Shown: positions 1 to 11,879 of the stretch, in pieces
Position numbering within the stretch: position 1 is the stretch's first letter
How the letters are laid out: each line of letters opens with the position of its first letter
Assembly: GCA_025594325.1 (NCBI GenBank)
Contig: JANHCV010000004.1
Span: 496,001 to 560,000 of the forward strand
DNA: 64,000 nucleotides
From: Blastocladiella emersonii ATCC 22665
Taxonomy: Eukaryota > Fungi > Blastocladiomycota
Reading direction: 5' to 3'
Program-made: the position numbers and the translations under genes
Notes under the pieces: model-generated
What the model saw: only the letters and a program-made list of their open reading frames with translations
Told to the model about the DNA's origin: nothing
The model's database searches: none

Positions 1-1423
1 AGCGTGCCCGTCTTGTCGGTGCAGATGGCCGTGGCCTCGCCCATGGTCTCGGACGCGTCGAGGTGGCGCACGAAGCACCGGTCCTTGATCATCTTGAACA
101 TGGAGAAGGCGAGCGAGATGGTCACAGCGAGCGGGAGCCCCTCGGGGACCGCGACGACGATGACCGTGACCGAGACGTTGAAGAACTTGAGCAGCTGCGA
201 CAGGTTGCCCGCGGGGAACCCGCCGTTCGGGTACAGCTTGACCTGCGCGACAATGAACCGGATCGTGAGCCCGACAAACGTGATGATGCCCGCGGCGAAC
301 CCGACCTTGCCGATGAGCATGGCCACGTCGCGCAGCTTCTCCTGCAGGACCGTCTCCTGGTTCTGCGCCTCGCTGAGCAGCGTCTGGATCTTGCCGCCCG
401 ACGACCGCGCGCCGACCGACGTCACGAGCATGAGCCCCGTGCCCTCGCTGACCTGGCACCCGGAGAACATGAAGGGCGACTTGGCCGACTTCTTGACGGG
501 TATGCTCTCGCCCGTGAGCGGCGATTCGTCGACCACGAGCCGGTTGCCGCGGACGAAGATGCCGTCGGCGGGGACCTCGTCGCCGACCACGAGCTCGACC
601 AGGTCGCCGACGAGCACGTCCCACGAGGACACCTGGTCCTTCTTGCCGCCGCGGATCACCTTGGTCTTCTTGTCGGACTGCAGCAGCAACAGCTTCTTGA
701 ACTTCTTGTCCTTGGAGTAGTCATTGCCGGCCGTGACGGTCAGCACGATGATGACGGCGCACAGGATCGCGAGCCCCTCGATCCACCCGTCGTGCTGGAT
801 GAAGCCGATGATGAGCGTCACGGCGGCACTGGCGATCAGGATCTTGATGATCGGGTCCTCCTTGATGGTGCCCCACACGATCCCGAGGATGGTCTCGCTC
901 GGTGGCGGCGGGATCAGGTTGATGCCGAACCGGTCCTGCCGCACGACCGCGTCGGCCACCTCCATGGCTACACACACACGCGCGCGCGGAGAGAGACGAG
1001 TCAGCTTGCGCGCGTCGCTTCCGCGGGGCCGCGCGACGACGTACATCCGGGAGCCGTGACCGTGAGCCCGTTCGTCGTGCTGGTGCGGAGAAAGTAGGCG
1101 AGCCCGTCGGCGCCGCCGTACTTGGCGTTGAGGAGCTTGGTCTGCTCGGGGTTCGACCGCTCGTCAAAGTTGACGACGGTGCCGAGCTGGTCCGACGTGA
1201 TGGCGAAGTCGTCGGGCGACATGGCCGGCCCGCCGCCGGGCTGCGACAAGGAGCCGCCGCCCATGGCGGACGAGTCGCCGTCCATGCGCGGTGCGGCCCA
1301 CGGTCCCGTCGGCGTCGACGAGAGCGGCGGGAGGTGGTTGGAGGGGGCGGAACCGGTGCCGCCGAACGAGGACCCGGGTGGCGGCGACGCGGTGGACCCG
1401 TGTGGCGAGACGCCAGAGTACAT
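1..1423 (-). CDS. PMC1: P-type Ca2+-ATPase (PMCA/P2B type), 5' part; gene runs off the window
   Basis: Exon 1423-1045, intron 1044-968 (GTACGT...CTGAC...TAG), then open frame to base 1. It contains DESPLTGES, VVAVPEGLPLAVTISLA and ETMGEATAICTDKTGT (phosphorylation motif). Confidence 0.95.
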
Positions 1424-2620
1424 GGTGGTGGCGGAGATGGCACGGTGGCCGAGGCGCTAGTGGTAGTACGCTCGCGGCCGGGGCGCGTAGGGCAGCTACA
1501 CGCGTGGGCGGCGGTCAGGGGTTTCGGCGGAGCGCGGGTCGGGAAGGAGAGCTAAGCGCACAATGTGGGTGCGTGCGCGGCGGTGTCGAGTCGAACACTA
1601 GCGTCGGATGCTCGCCCGACCAGCAGCAGACGAGCGCGGGTCGAGTTGGTGTAGCGTCGCGTGTTCGGTCGTCGCGCGAGTCGGCGGCGGATGCATGCGA
1701 GTCCGTGGCACGCGATTCCGAGGGGGATCGCGGCGCGCGCGCGAGATGGGTGCGCGAGCGGGCGTGCGCGAGCGGCGGCGGCTGGGATAAGGGGGAGTGC
1801 TTCGTCCGCTGCTCTGCCTCGCAGTGAGTAAGCAAGTTGTGCAGGATCGGGACAGTCTGGCTGATTCGCGCGCGCGAGGAAGCGGGCGTCTCAGAAGCGG
1901 GTGGAGAGGTGCGGCGACGGGTCGAGGGGGGAGACAAAAGCGGACGTCCCGTGCGGACCGACGCGTCGCAACGTGAGCCGCGATTGCGGATAGCGACTCC
2001 TGAACCGCACGCCGGCTTCGGACATCGGTGCGCCAACTCACGATGTCTCCCGTTCGGCGCGCGGGCCAGGGCGGGCGGAGACGCGCGAGGCGGCCGGGCG
2101 AGCGACGCGACGCGTCAGCGCGACGCGCCTCGAAATCGCGTGACTGGCACGTCACGTCCGTCGTTCTCTTAATTTTGTCTCGCGTCTCACGTTTCAAGTC
2201 GCGTCGCGCCCCGTCACGGCAAGTTGGGAGACATGCGGGACGGATCAAGTTCTAGGGCTATTCTAGAAATGTCTTCAAAGGCAAGGGGCGGGCAGAGCCC
2301 ATTCGACGAATAATGCGGGCGAATTCGAGTCGGAGCGCAACTGGAGGAAGAGGCAACGGTGCGACAGCGCACACAAAGAGGGTTAGAAACTGTTTAATTA
2401 ATAAACACAACATGCTTCGACGCGTCATGACTACAACGAGCGTGAGCAAATGAATCCATGGCTCCCGCGGCTGGCTTGGGCTCCGGTTTGACGTTAAGCG
2501 ACGTGCGCCAAACGTCTCCCAAAGCGTATATAGCGGGAAAACGAAGCATGCCACGATGACGGCATCAAGTCAAGATCTGCTTGGCCCAAACGACAACGCT
2601 CCAGGCAAACTTCCTCCCAT

Positions 2621-4234
2621 TCACGCTCTCTGAGCGCGAGAATCTAAGTCTTGCATCGGTTCGAGCGATCTGCGGCTCACATCCTTGAGAGTCAGTGTTG
2701 TCAAGTTCGGCGGAAGGCAGTTTGCCAGCACACCAACGCTTTTGTCCGCCATTCCGCACTCGCTCAAGTCGAGCGAGATAAGGGCGGCGGGGAGATGAGG
2801 CACGATTGTCGCAACAGCTTCGTCTACAAGCGGGTTGTACGATAGATCGAGCGAGGTTAGTCCGGATGGAAGCGGGTGACGCTTGAGTGCACGGGCGCTC
2901 TTCAATCCTAAACCGCATCTTGAAAGATTGAGCGATGTGAGACTTGCAGGAAGGTGAGCGAGGAGCCGTGCGATAACTGGGTCGGCAAGCCGGCTGTGGC
3001 CAAGGTCAAACTCTGCTAGCTGGGACGGAATGTGAAGCGCCCAAACCGAACAGTCGAGATTGGCATGAGGTGCGCTGTAGAGCCGCAGTTTGCGTAAAGA
3101 AGCCGGGAGCGCGGGAATAAGTTGACACAGCTGGATCTGAGTGAGGCGGTGGCCAAGTGACAACGAGAGTGAGGTAAGCTTGCGAGCATGGCGAAGAGCT
3201 TGGGCCAGGGAAGCCATGGCATGGACGTTGAACTTGCAGTCAGAAATGATCAGCGTGTGAAGGTTCGCAGTCGGAAGACTGGTGAAAAAGGTCGTTGAGC
3301 GCTCGAGCAGGGTGAAATCGTAGCAGTCAAACTCAAAGACCTCGGGCGAAGTTGGAAATAGGCCGGCCAGCACGATTTTGTGGCGCGGGTCGACCCACGA
3401 GCGTTCAAGTTTAATCTTCTTCGCCGAGTACGGGGGAGGGCGGTACAGCGGCGGTGAGATTTGCACATGATGCTCGTCAACCTCAGGTCGCAGGCAAGCA
3501 AAAGTAAGCACTTCGAGAGTCGCGGGAATATCGATCGTCAGCGCCTGCGAAACGTTCAAGCCGCAGCTGTCAAACGTCAGCGAAGCGACACGTTGGTTGC
3601 CATTGGCGAGGGCATCATTGAATGCCTGGATACCGAGGGCGGTCAAGCGACCGTGAATGCGGATATCTGCCGCCTCATGCGAGGGAGGCGCCTGGCTTAA
3701 CTGCAAAACGCAGTTGTCGCCAAGCTCAACTCTTGGAGTTGATTTCTGCATCAGGTATTTGCTGTCTTGAATCCACAACACATTGTTGTGAAGGTGTTGT
3801 GAAGGATCCCATGGCAGCGGCCATTGTGCGTCGTATCCTCGGAGTCCAAGCACGCCCATAGTCGCTGAGTGCTCGTAAAGCCCCGAGGGCAGCTTGAGGG
3901 GAAGCCCCGAGTCGCGCCACCAGTCCATGACCTTGAAGTAGCGACTCTCGTGGAGGTGCGAGTCGTACCAGGTCGGGATCGAGTAGACGAGAGGCAAGCG
4001 AGACCAGACCCAGGTGTCGAGCAGCGCGACATTGCCCGTCGCGCAGGCCTCGTCCATGGTAAGCTTGGGCGAGCGCTTTAATATGGCACGCATGACCTCG
4101 GGAATGGCATCGCGGCGCAAAACGCGGGCGTATTGAGCGAGAGCTTGCACGTCGTCGGGATCGTGGATCGCGACTGCGGCGCACAGGATGCGCTCAACGA
4201 TCTCGGTGGGAATAAACAGCCTGTTCGGATCCAT
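2621..4234 (-). CDS. F-box-like / ankyrin-like N-terminus plus LRR protein (paralog 1 of 3)
   Basis: 537-aa ORF. N-terminal LFIPTEIVERIL is F-box-like, followed by TMDEACATGNVALLD and KVMDWWRDSGLPLK. C-terminal LPxSLxxLxLSxCxL repeats. Shares its N-terminus with 15346-17017 and 17658-19578. Confidence 0.8.
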   Translation of the reverse strand: MDPNRLFIPTEIVERILCAAVAIHDPDDVQALAQYARVLRRDAIPEVMRAILKRSPKLTMDEACATGNVALLDTWVWSRLPLVYSIPTWYDSHLHESRYFKVMDWWRDSGLPLKLPSGLYEHSATMGVLGLRGYDAQWPLPWDPSQHLHNNVLWIQDSKYLMQKSTPRVELGDNCVLQLSQAPPSHEAADIRIHGRLTALGIQAFNDALANGNQRVASLTFDSCGLNVSQALTIDIPATLEVLTFACLRPEVDEHHVQISPPLYRPPPYSAKKIKLERSWVDPRHKIVLAGLFPTSPEVFEFDCYDFTLLERSTTFFTSLPTANLHTLIISDCKFNVHAMASLAQALRHARKLTSLSLSLGHRLTQIQLCQLIPALPASLRKLRLYSAPHANLDCSVWALHIPSQLAEFDLGHSRLADPVIARLLAHLPASLTSLNLSRCGLGLKSARALKRHPLPSGLTSLDLSYNPLVDEAVATIVPHLPAALISLDLSECGMADKSVGVLANCLPPNLTTLTLKDVSRRSLEPMQDLDSRAQRA

Positions 4235-4456
4235 TGCAGCAACTGATTATTCAAGTTTCATGGGGTGGGATGATTACTCGCCGGGGCAGGGAGAGCAGGG
4301 AGGCAGCGTGTGGTCGTCGGGCCTGCTGGGGAGGGGCAGCGTCCGCGGAGGAGCACAATTTCGGACCGACCGACCAGGCGCTTGCGTCGGAGAAACCTCG
4401 GATCACTCCGTGTTGAGGGTTCGCGGTGCTGGTTCGCAACCCTTGTTGATTCTCAA

Positions 4457-4674
4457 GGGGCAGGGATGGGCCAATTTTTTTGCGGCTGGCGTGACCCGGC
4501 TGCCACTCCTCTCCCAGCTTGGCGCCGTGGCGCCCAGTCCTTGCGGTCCGGCGCCACACCGGAGGCGGCGCCACAGTCCCTGGCCGAGAGCGCTGACCGC
4601 CGAGCCGCAAGCTGGGAGAGGAGTGGCAGCCGGGTCACGCCAGCCGCAAAAAAAATTGGCCCATCGGGTGCCCC
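4457..4674. mobile_element. MITE-like element / long inverted repeat
   Basis: Arm 4457-4521 is a near-perfect reverse complement of arm 4608-4674 (core GATGGGCCAATTTTTTTGCGGCTGGCGTGACCCGGCTGCCACTCCTCTCCCAGCTTG). The spacer is about 86 bp and non-coding. No target-site duplication could be identified. Confidence 0.6.
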
Positions 4675-4730
4675 CTCTCCTCTCCTTTCAACGAATCCCA
4701 TGTAAACAACTTGCACACCGATAGACCACC

Positions 4731-6530
4731 ATGTTCACGCTGCTCCACCACGCGCGCCGCCGCGCCGCCTTCGCTGCTGCCGGCAGCGCGGCCCCGCGCT
4801 CGGCGTTCCGGCGCGCCGCGGGCTTCACGGGCCGCACGCTCCTGGACGCCGCGGTTCTCGGCGGCGGGTACGCGTACTACCAGCACGAGATCGCGCGGGA
4901 CCCGTCGTTCCGGGAGACGATGAAGGGCGTGGCGCGTCCCGCGCACTTCTGGGTGCGCGTGTTCCCCGTGTACGCGCACTACCGGCTCGTCGAGTTCAAG
5001 CTGAACCGGACGGGCGCATCCCCCAAAGACCGCGACGCGGCGTTCGACGTGCTGCACGACAAGTACGCGCCGATCGCGCTGTCGATCATCCTGGAGCTCG
5101 GCGGCCTGTACATCAAGCTGGGCCAGGTCGGCGCGACGCGCGCGGACATCATGCCGCCGCAGTACCGCGCGGCCTTCGCGACGCTGCTCGACAATGTGCC
5201 CGCGCTGACGGGCGACGAGGTGCGCGCGCTCGCGAGCGAGGCGTTGGGCAAGCCGCTCGACGCCGTGTTCTCCGAGTTCGGCGACACGCCCCTCGGCGCC
5301 GCGAGTATCGGGCAGGCGCACCTGGCGCGTCTCGCGGATGACGGGCGCGAGGTCGTGGTCAAGGTCGCGTACCCGGACGCGGCGGCGCGGTTCGATCTCG
5401 ACTTTGCCACCGCGGCCAAGTTCGTGGCGCTGGCGCAGCCCGAGCAGCTGCCGTTCCTCAAGGAGATGCGGGCGCAGTTCGCGACCGAGTTCGATTTCGC
5501 GCGCGAGGCGTGGGCGCTGACGACGGTGCGCGAGAACCTCGAGCGCGCGGGCGTCGCGCGCAAGTTCCGGGTGACGATCCCGCGCGTCGTCGGCGAGCAC
5601 TCGAACGCGCGCATCCTCGTCATGGAGCGGCTGCCGGGGACCAAGCTCGTCGACGCGGTCCTCGACCACTACGCGGACGTGGCCCGCGCCATGGGCATGT
5701 CGCTCGAGGAGCTCATGGGCGCGGGCGCCGCGGCCGCGTCGCGCAAGCGGTCCGACATGGTCGCTGGGACCGCTCCCGCGGAACAGCATACGCCGTCGCG
5801 GTGGTCGCTGGTCCGCGGCACCCTGCACATGTATCTCAACCAGTACCTCGGGTGGTACGCTGCGTGGGCGTGGAACCACACGGCCGGCCTCGCGTCCCCC
5901 AAACTTGCCGTCGCGTACCCGTTCGTCGCGCCGCCGCTCGACGGCGACGAGCTGCTGCGCACGCTGTTCGCGGTGCACGGGCACCAGCTGCTGGTCGACG
6001 GCCTGTTCAACGGTGACCCGCACCCGGGCAACATCCTGCTCTCCCGCTCGCCGCGCGACGGGCACCCCGAGATCGGGCTGATCGACTACGGCCAGGTCAA
6101 GGCGCTGTCGCGGTCGCACCGGCGGCACCTGGCGCGCCTGATCGTGGCGCTGGCCGACGAGGACCGGGCCGCGGTCCTCGCGGCGATGCGCGCGGCGAGC
6201 CTGCGCAGCGAGAAGGGCGACCCGGACACGCTGTATCGGACGGGCGTGATGTTTTTGGCATCGGACGAGAACGACATGGGGATCAACGTGCAGCAGTACT
6301 CTGAAATACTGGCGGCGCGCGACCCGATGGTCGCCGTGCCCGACTGGATCGTGATCGCGCTCCGCATGACGCTGCTGCTGCGCGGGCTCGGCACGCTGCT
6401 CGCGCCGCACGCGCCCGTCAACTCGGCCAAGCTGTGGCGCCCGATCGCGGAGCGGGTCCTGGCCGAGATTGGGGATGAGGAGGGCGACGGCGAGGATGAG
6501 CACGCGGTGGTGGTCCCGCCGCACTACTGA
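4731..6530 (+). CDS. ABC1/UbiB (ADCK) family atypical kinase
   Basis: 599-aa intronless ORF with KLGQ, PLGAASIGQAH, VVVKV, EFDFARE, GLFNGDPHPGNILL and LIDYGQ motifs. The Arg-rich N-terminus suggests mitochondrial targeting. Confidence 0.92.
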   Translation: MFTLLHHARRRAAFAAAGSAAPRSAFRRAAGFTGRTLLDAAVLGGGYAYYQHEIARDPSFRETMKGVARPAHFWVRVFPVYAHYRLVEFKLNRTGASPKDRDAAFDVLHDKYAPIALSIILELGGLYIKLGQVGATRADIMPPQYRAAFATLLDNVPALTGDEVRALASEALGKPLDAVFSEFGDTPLGAASIGQAHLARLADDGREVVVKVAYPDAAARFDLDFATAAKFVALAQPEQLPFLKEMRAQFATEFDFAREAWALTTVRENLERAGVARKFRVTIPRVVGEHSNARILVMERLPGTKLVDAVLDHYADVARAMGMSLEELMGAGAAAASRKRSDMVAGTAPAEQHTPSRWSLVRGTLHMYLNQYLGWYAAWAWNHTAGLASPKLAVAYPFVAPPLDGDELLRTLFAVHGHQLLVDGLFNGDPHPGNILLSRSPRDGHPEIGLIDYGQVKALSRSHRRHLARLIVALADEDRAAVLAAMRAASLRSEKGDPDTLYRTGVMFLASDENDMGINVQQYSEILAARDPMVAVPDWIVIALRMTLLLRGLGTLLAPHAPVNSAKLWRPIAERVLAEIGDEEGDGEDEHAVVVPPHY

Positions 6531-6632
6531 TGGAATGAGAAAGTGAATATGAATGAATGAATAGATTGCATTCTGTATGGCTTTGTATCGTTCTATGGTC
6601 CTCCTCCTCTTCCACTCTCACTCGCATCATCA

Positions 6633-8538
6633 TCATGGCCGGAGCTGGCCCGCCGGCCCGGCCGGTCCACGCGCGCCGACCCCCGCGGCCACCGGCGGCC
6701 CAGCACCCGTCCCCGCCGCCATCTGCTCGGCTCGCCACGCAAAGTAGCGGTCGAGGAGCGACAGGAGGTCCTGGCGTCGCGTGGGCTTGGGCACGAAATC
6801 GTGCATCCCCGTCGAGAGACACGTGTACCGCTCCTCGGGGAGCGCCGAGGCCGTCATGGCGCAGATGAACGGCAGCCCGTCGCCGTGGGTCGCTCCGCGG
6901 GGCGCGCCGGGCCGCGGCGTGGACGCGCGGGCGAGGATCGCGCGGGTGGCGTCGAGGCCGTCCATGACGGGCATCGACACGTCCATGAACACGATCGAGA
7001 CGCCCGGGCGGGCCTCGACGTACGCCACGGCCTCGGCGCCGTTGTTGGCGGTCTCGACGTTATCGACGCCCATGGACCGCAGCGTGCGCGCCGCGACCAT
7101 CTGGTTGATGGCGTTGTCGTCGACGACGAGCACCTTGAGGTTCGCGAGCCGGTCGCGGTGCGCCTCGTCGGCGGCGGGCGTGACGCTTGACCGGGACAAG
7201 GATCCACTCGCGGCTTTCGACTGCAGCTCGAGCGGGGACACGAGGAGCGGGGCTACACTCGGCGCGACGCCCGTCCCGCCGGCCTGGTTGAACTGCGCGA
7301 GCTGCTGCTGGTACTGCTGCTGGCCGGCGAACCGCGCCTGGTAGTACTCGAGGAGCGCGGTGCGGAGCATCTCGTCGAGGTTGCGCGTCTTGACGGGTTT
7401 CGTGACCGTGTGGCGGGCGAGCGTGTCGCCGGCGGCGGCCAGCCGCGACCCGGACTTGATGCGCATCAGGACGACCACGGGGACACGCTGCTGCCAGTGC
7501 GCGAGCCGCGCCGCGTCGTCGGCCGCGAGCCCGCGCGCCGTGTCCTCGTCGACGACGAGCGCGTCGAACCCGAGGTCCGCCGACGGCGACAGCAGCGCGA
7601 GGTTGAGCGGCGGGACGGCGTCGAGGCCCGTCGGGAGGAACCGGCACCGGCGCAGGATCGCGAGGAGCGCGGTGCGCTCCGTGGAACTGCCCGACAGGAC
7701 GCCGACGCGCGTGCCCTCAAACGCGATGGCGACGTTGTTGGTCGGCGTGTACTCCTCGCTGACGGGGGCGGGGCCGGCGGACGGCGAGCCGAGTGGCGCG
7801 TCGAGCAGCGTGGCCGACCCGTCGGGCGCCGCGGGGAAGAGGAGCATGACGGTGAACAGGGCGCCGATCCCTGGCACGCTGTCGACGATGATGCGTCCGT
7901 GGTGCAGCTCGACGAGGCGCGACGTGATGGCGAGCCCGAGCCCGGTGCCCTGGAACCGGCGGGCGATAGTCGCGTCGAGCTGCTGGAACTTTTCGAAGAG
8001 CAGGTGGATCTTGTCCTGCTCGATGCCGATGCCCGAGTCGCGCAGCTGGAAGAAGACGCGGACGAGTTTGCGGTCGGCGGCGAGCGCCGGGTTGTAGTAG
8101 TCGAGGACGCGCTGTTTCCGCTGCTTTGCGCCGTCGGGCGTGATGTAGTAGGACGCGGGCTCGGCCGTGGTGACGGTGAGCGTGACGCTGCCGGCGGAGG
8201 TGAACTTGATGGCGTTGGACAGCAGGTTGACGAGGATCTGGCGCAGGCGCAGCTTGTCGCCGAGGACCGCGTCGACGGCGTGGTCGAGGACCGCGTACAC
8301 GGCGATGCCCTTCTTGTCGGCGGCCGAGTACACGACCTCGACCGACTGCTCGGCGACGTCGGTGATGGACAGCGGCGCCTCCTCCATGGTGAACTGGGCG
8401 CCGTGGAACTCGAGCTTGGACAGGTCGAGGATATCGTTGACGAGGTTGAGCAGTGTGTTGGACGAGACGGCGACGATCTCGAGAATGTCGCGCATGTCGC
8501 GGGTCAGCTCGTACTGCGACAGGAGCAGGTCGACGAAC

Positions 8539-8573
<35 letters not shown>

Positions 8574-10845
8574 CGAGATGGTGGCGAGGAACACGGTCTT
8601 CATGCCGTTGAGCGCCTCGGCCTCCTTCTTCTCGCGCTCGAGCACCGTGACCTGCGACCGGCGCGCGGCCTCGCGCTCGATCTGCGCCGACTGGTCCAGC
8701 GCAATCTCAATCTGCCCAATCGCGTCCGACAGCACCGGCCCGTGCTGCACCATGGTCTCGCGCGAGTGCACCAGCAGCATCATGACGCGCCGCCCGTCCG
8801 TCGTCCACGACGCGTTGCCGTGCACGCTGCCCGAGGCCGTCGCGATGGGCGCCGCGATGGGCGACGCAGCCGTGGTCCCGTCGTACACCTGCAGCAGCGT
8901 GCCCGTGACGCCCGGGTCGTCGATCCCGAACACGTCGGCGAGCAGCGGCGACTGCAGCCGGACCCAGTGCGCGTGCGCGGCGCCCGCGACGGTCGGGCCC
9001 GCGGCCGTCATCTCGGTCGCCGAGAAGGCCTGCATGAGCGGCGACTTACCCGCGGCCGCCGCCCCGGACCCCATAGCGGCGCCCGCGGACGCGCCGGTCG
9101 CGGGATCGACGACGGCGTGGTGGACGAGCAGCGGTGCCATATTGATCTGCGCCCCACGCGTAGGCGCGCGGCGGAAGGCGACGCGCGAGTAGTCGGCGAG
9201 GCAGTGAGCGTCGGCGGGATGCGCGGCGTCGATGGCGAAGACGAAGCACGCGGTCAGGTCAAAGTGGTTGGCGAGCTGGACGGACGCGATGTCGCAGATG
9301 GCCTGGAACTGCATGGACCGGCGGATCGACTGGGTCACGGACCGCAGCTTGTGCAGGTTCGAGTTTTCGAGCTGCAGCTGCTGCTCGTTCTGGATCCGCA
9401 GGCCGAGCTCTTCCTCGAGGACGAACAGGCGCGCGGGCAGGGTGAGGGCGGCGGGCATCAGGCGCACGAGAATTAGGGCGGTCAAGACCGAGACGATGGC
9501 GCTACACGGAGGAGTGGGTCAGCTTCGCGGCGTCGGGGTCGCGGAGGCGGCGGGAGAGAGCGTACGTCAGGATCTTGAAGGTGGTGAGCAGGTACCCGGG
9601 ATCGACGGCCCACATCTTGATGAGGTGCGTCATGCCGCTACACGTCCGCGCACGCCGTGTCAGCCTCCGCCGGTTGCACGCGGGTACGAGATCGCGACCG
9701 CACCATAGCAAGATGAAGCTCTCAAAGAGCCACACGATAGCCTTGTACTGGCCGCGGAGCCCCTCGATCTGCAGGTGCCGCTGAAAGTAGAAGATCTGGC
9801 TACACATCTCCCAAAGCATCAGCGGTGCCATCACACACCGACGTGTCGAAAGAACGTACCATGGGATGGCAAAGTAGGCGAGCGCGATGAGCCCGTCGGA
9901 CACGGCCGAGATGATAGCGAGCGCCGTGGCCTCGGCGCACGCGCTGCCGGTGCAGCCCATGGTGAAGGTGGCGTTCATGGTGGCGAGGGCGAGCGACCGG
10001 GGCGCGAGCAGGCGCGCGGGCGGGGGCGGCGGCGAGGTCGGGTGCGCGAGGACCCAGGTCCACGAGAGCGCGATCAGGTCGACGAGGCGCGCCGTGTAGA
10101 CGGCGGCGGCGATGGACACGACGATGATCCAGAATCGGCGCGGTGGTGGGGGCGGCGGCGGGGGCTGGCCGGCGTGTGCGGCGGTGGGCGCACGCGTGGG
10201 AACCGGGGGTGGGGGATCGGTGCAATCGGAGCCACTTGGTGCGATGGAGCAAGGAGGAGCAGCGGGGTGTGCGTCGTGTGCGGGCGACGTGGTCGACGAC
10301 GCGGCAGGGACGGGTGAGGAATGAGGGGCAGCGCCCGAGCGGCAGGCGGGAGACGGTGGTGGTGGTGGCAGGGAGGGCTCTGGAATGCGGGCGGTAGGTG
10401 CGGCGGCGGCGTGTGCCGGCAAGAGATCTGGGCAGGGGAGGGGCGGCGATGCGCGGCCGCCGGCGGACAAAGCACAGGAAGGTGACGCGACTCGGGGGCC
10501 CGTGGCATGCGATCGGGCCGCGTGCGCGGGGCACGGCAGACCGGATTCGGCAGGCGGCGCAGCCGGTCTGGACCGCGCGGTCGGCGGGCGGGGATCCGCG
10601 TCGGCGGCGGGCGCGAGCACGCTCGGCTCGATGCCGTCCGCAGCGGCGATGGCGATGGCGCGCGGAACGGGGAGGCTCGCGCGGATCGACGATCGGAGGC
10701 GCCAAATGCCCGAGTCGAGGGCGGTGCGCAGGGACTGGAGAGGCAGCGACATGGCGTCGGTGGTGGGAGCGCGATCGAGATGCGTCAGCTCGGGTGGCGG
10801 TGACGGCGACGGAGGCGGCGGTGACGCGGTTGTTGAGGAGGGCAT
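6633..10845 (-). CDS. ETR1-type ethylene-receptor-like hybrid histidine kinase (ethylene-binding domain, GAF-like region, HisKA, HATPase, receiver)
   Basis: Introns at 9859-9800, 9703-9638 and 9565-9502. The spliced product has SDGLIALAYFAIP, FILLCGMTHLIKMW, KILTAIVSVLTALILVRLMP, ISHELRTPMNAIIGF, NLLSNAIKFT, DSGIGI, GTGLGL, and receiver motifs VVDDN, FMDVSMP, KP. The start is uncertain: 10845, 10752, or an ATG-only exon at 11144. Confidence 0.93.
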
Positions 10846-11879
10846 GGTGGGGGAAGGGTGCGGCAGGGTCTTCTTGTGCGGTGTGGGCACTGGCGGAGAG
10901 AGGGGCGACCAGGTCGCGACGGCGCGGTGGGGCCATCGTGGCGGCGGCGGCGAAGATGATGACGACGCTGCACCGAGCGGACTCAGCACATCTCGCTGCC
11001 GACCCTGCCGCGAGTTGGGGCAACGGCGAGAGGTAGAGGAGAGGAGCTGCGCAGACCCAAAATTCCGTGCACGCGACGAGGCGCGACGCGTCGCCAAGAG
11101 TAAAGCGCGAGGCGGACGCGGTCTCCGTCACCGTGACGCACCATGAGTGAGCGGGCCCGGGTCGGCGGCCGACCACGCGCGCGCTGTGCGACCCCCGGCA
11201 CCGACCCGATCACGCCCGCGGCTCAGCAAGCGACGCGTGTGACCGAGCACAGTGGGTTGCAGGAGAGGGAGAAGGGGGAGCGTGGCGGCGGCGGCGAGCG
11301 GCGAGCGGGTGTGTGGGGAGCGAACAAGCTCGAGGCGTGCGAAGCGGAGCGAGAGGAGAGCACACGTACGCAGCGAACAATCCAAATTGGGCTCGCCTTG
11401 AACCGGCAAGTGCTGAGCCACACTGGACGCGAGCGAGCGGGAGAGATGGCTACACGGTCGTCGTCGGTCGCGTGAGCCTGCTGGATCTCGCTGACCATCA
11501 CGCATTACGTCGCCGTACTCTGTGCAATCGCGCGCGCGTCGTCGTCTAAGAGTGCTCGCGTTCTAATTGAGGGGCGAGGAGAGGGGCGAGACCGCCGCGC
11601 TCGCGACGCGTCTGCCCGCCCTCCGCCGTCCACGGTGCCGGCGGGCGACTGCATCGCCGTCGGCTCGGCGCGGCGCGCGGGAGATCCCGTGGGCGCCGAG
11701 CGCTGTTGCCCGATGTCCGTGTCTCCTCGCGAGACACAAAGGCGATGCCGCGCGCGCGAGACGAGAGACGCGATGAGGCGCGTCGCGCCCGTCATCTGAC
11801 CCGGCGTGAGCGTCTATGATCTGATCGGCGGCGGAGCGGCTGGGAGGCAATGTCACACACAGACACAGAAACGTTAAAT

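Noticed and set aside
7410-9476. Long opposite-strand or alternate-frame ORFs (for example 7410-9476+, 4635-6524-, 39325-41670+, 26023-27645+, 53530-54741-, 57427-58938+)
   Set aside because: They are shadows of real GC3-rich genes, with Arg/Gly/Ala-rich translations and no motifs.
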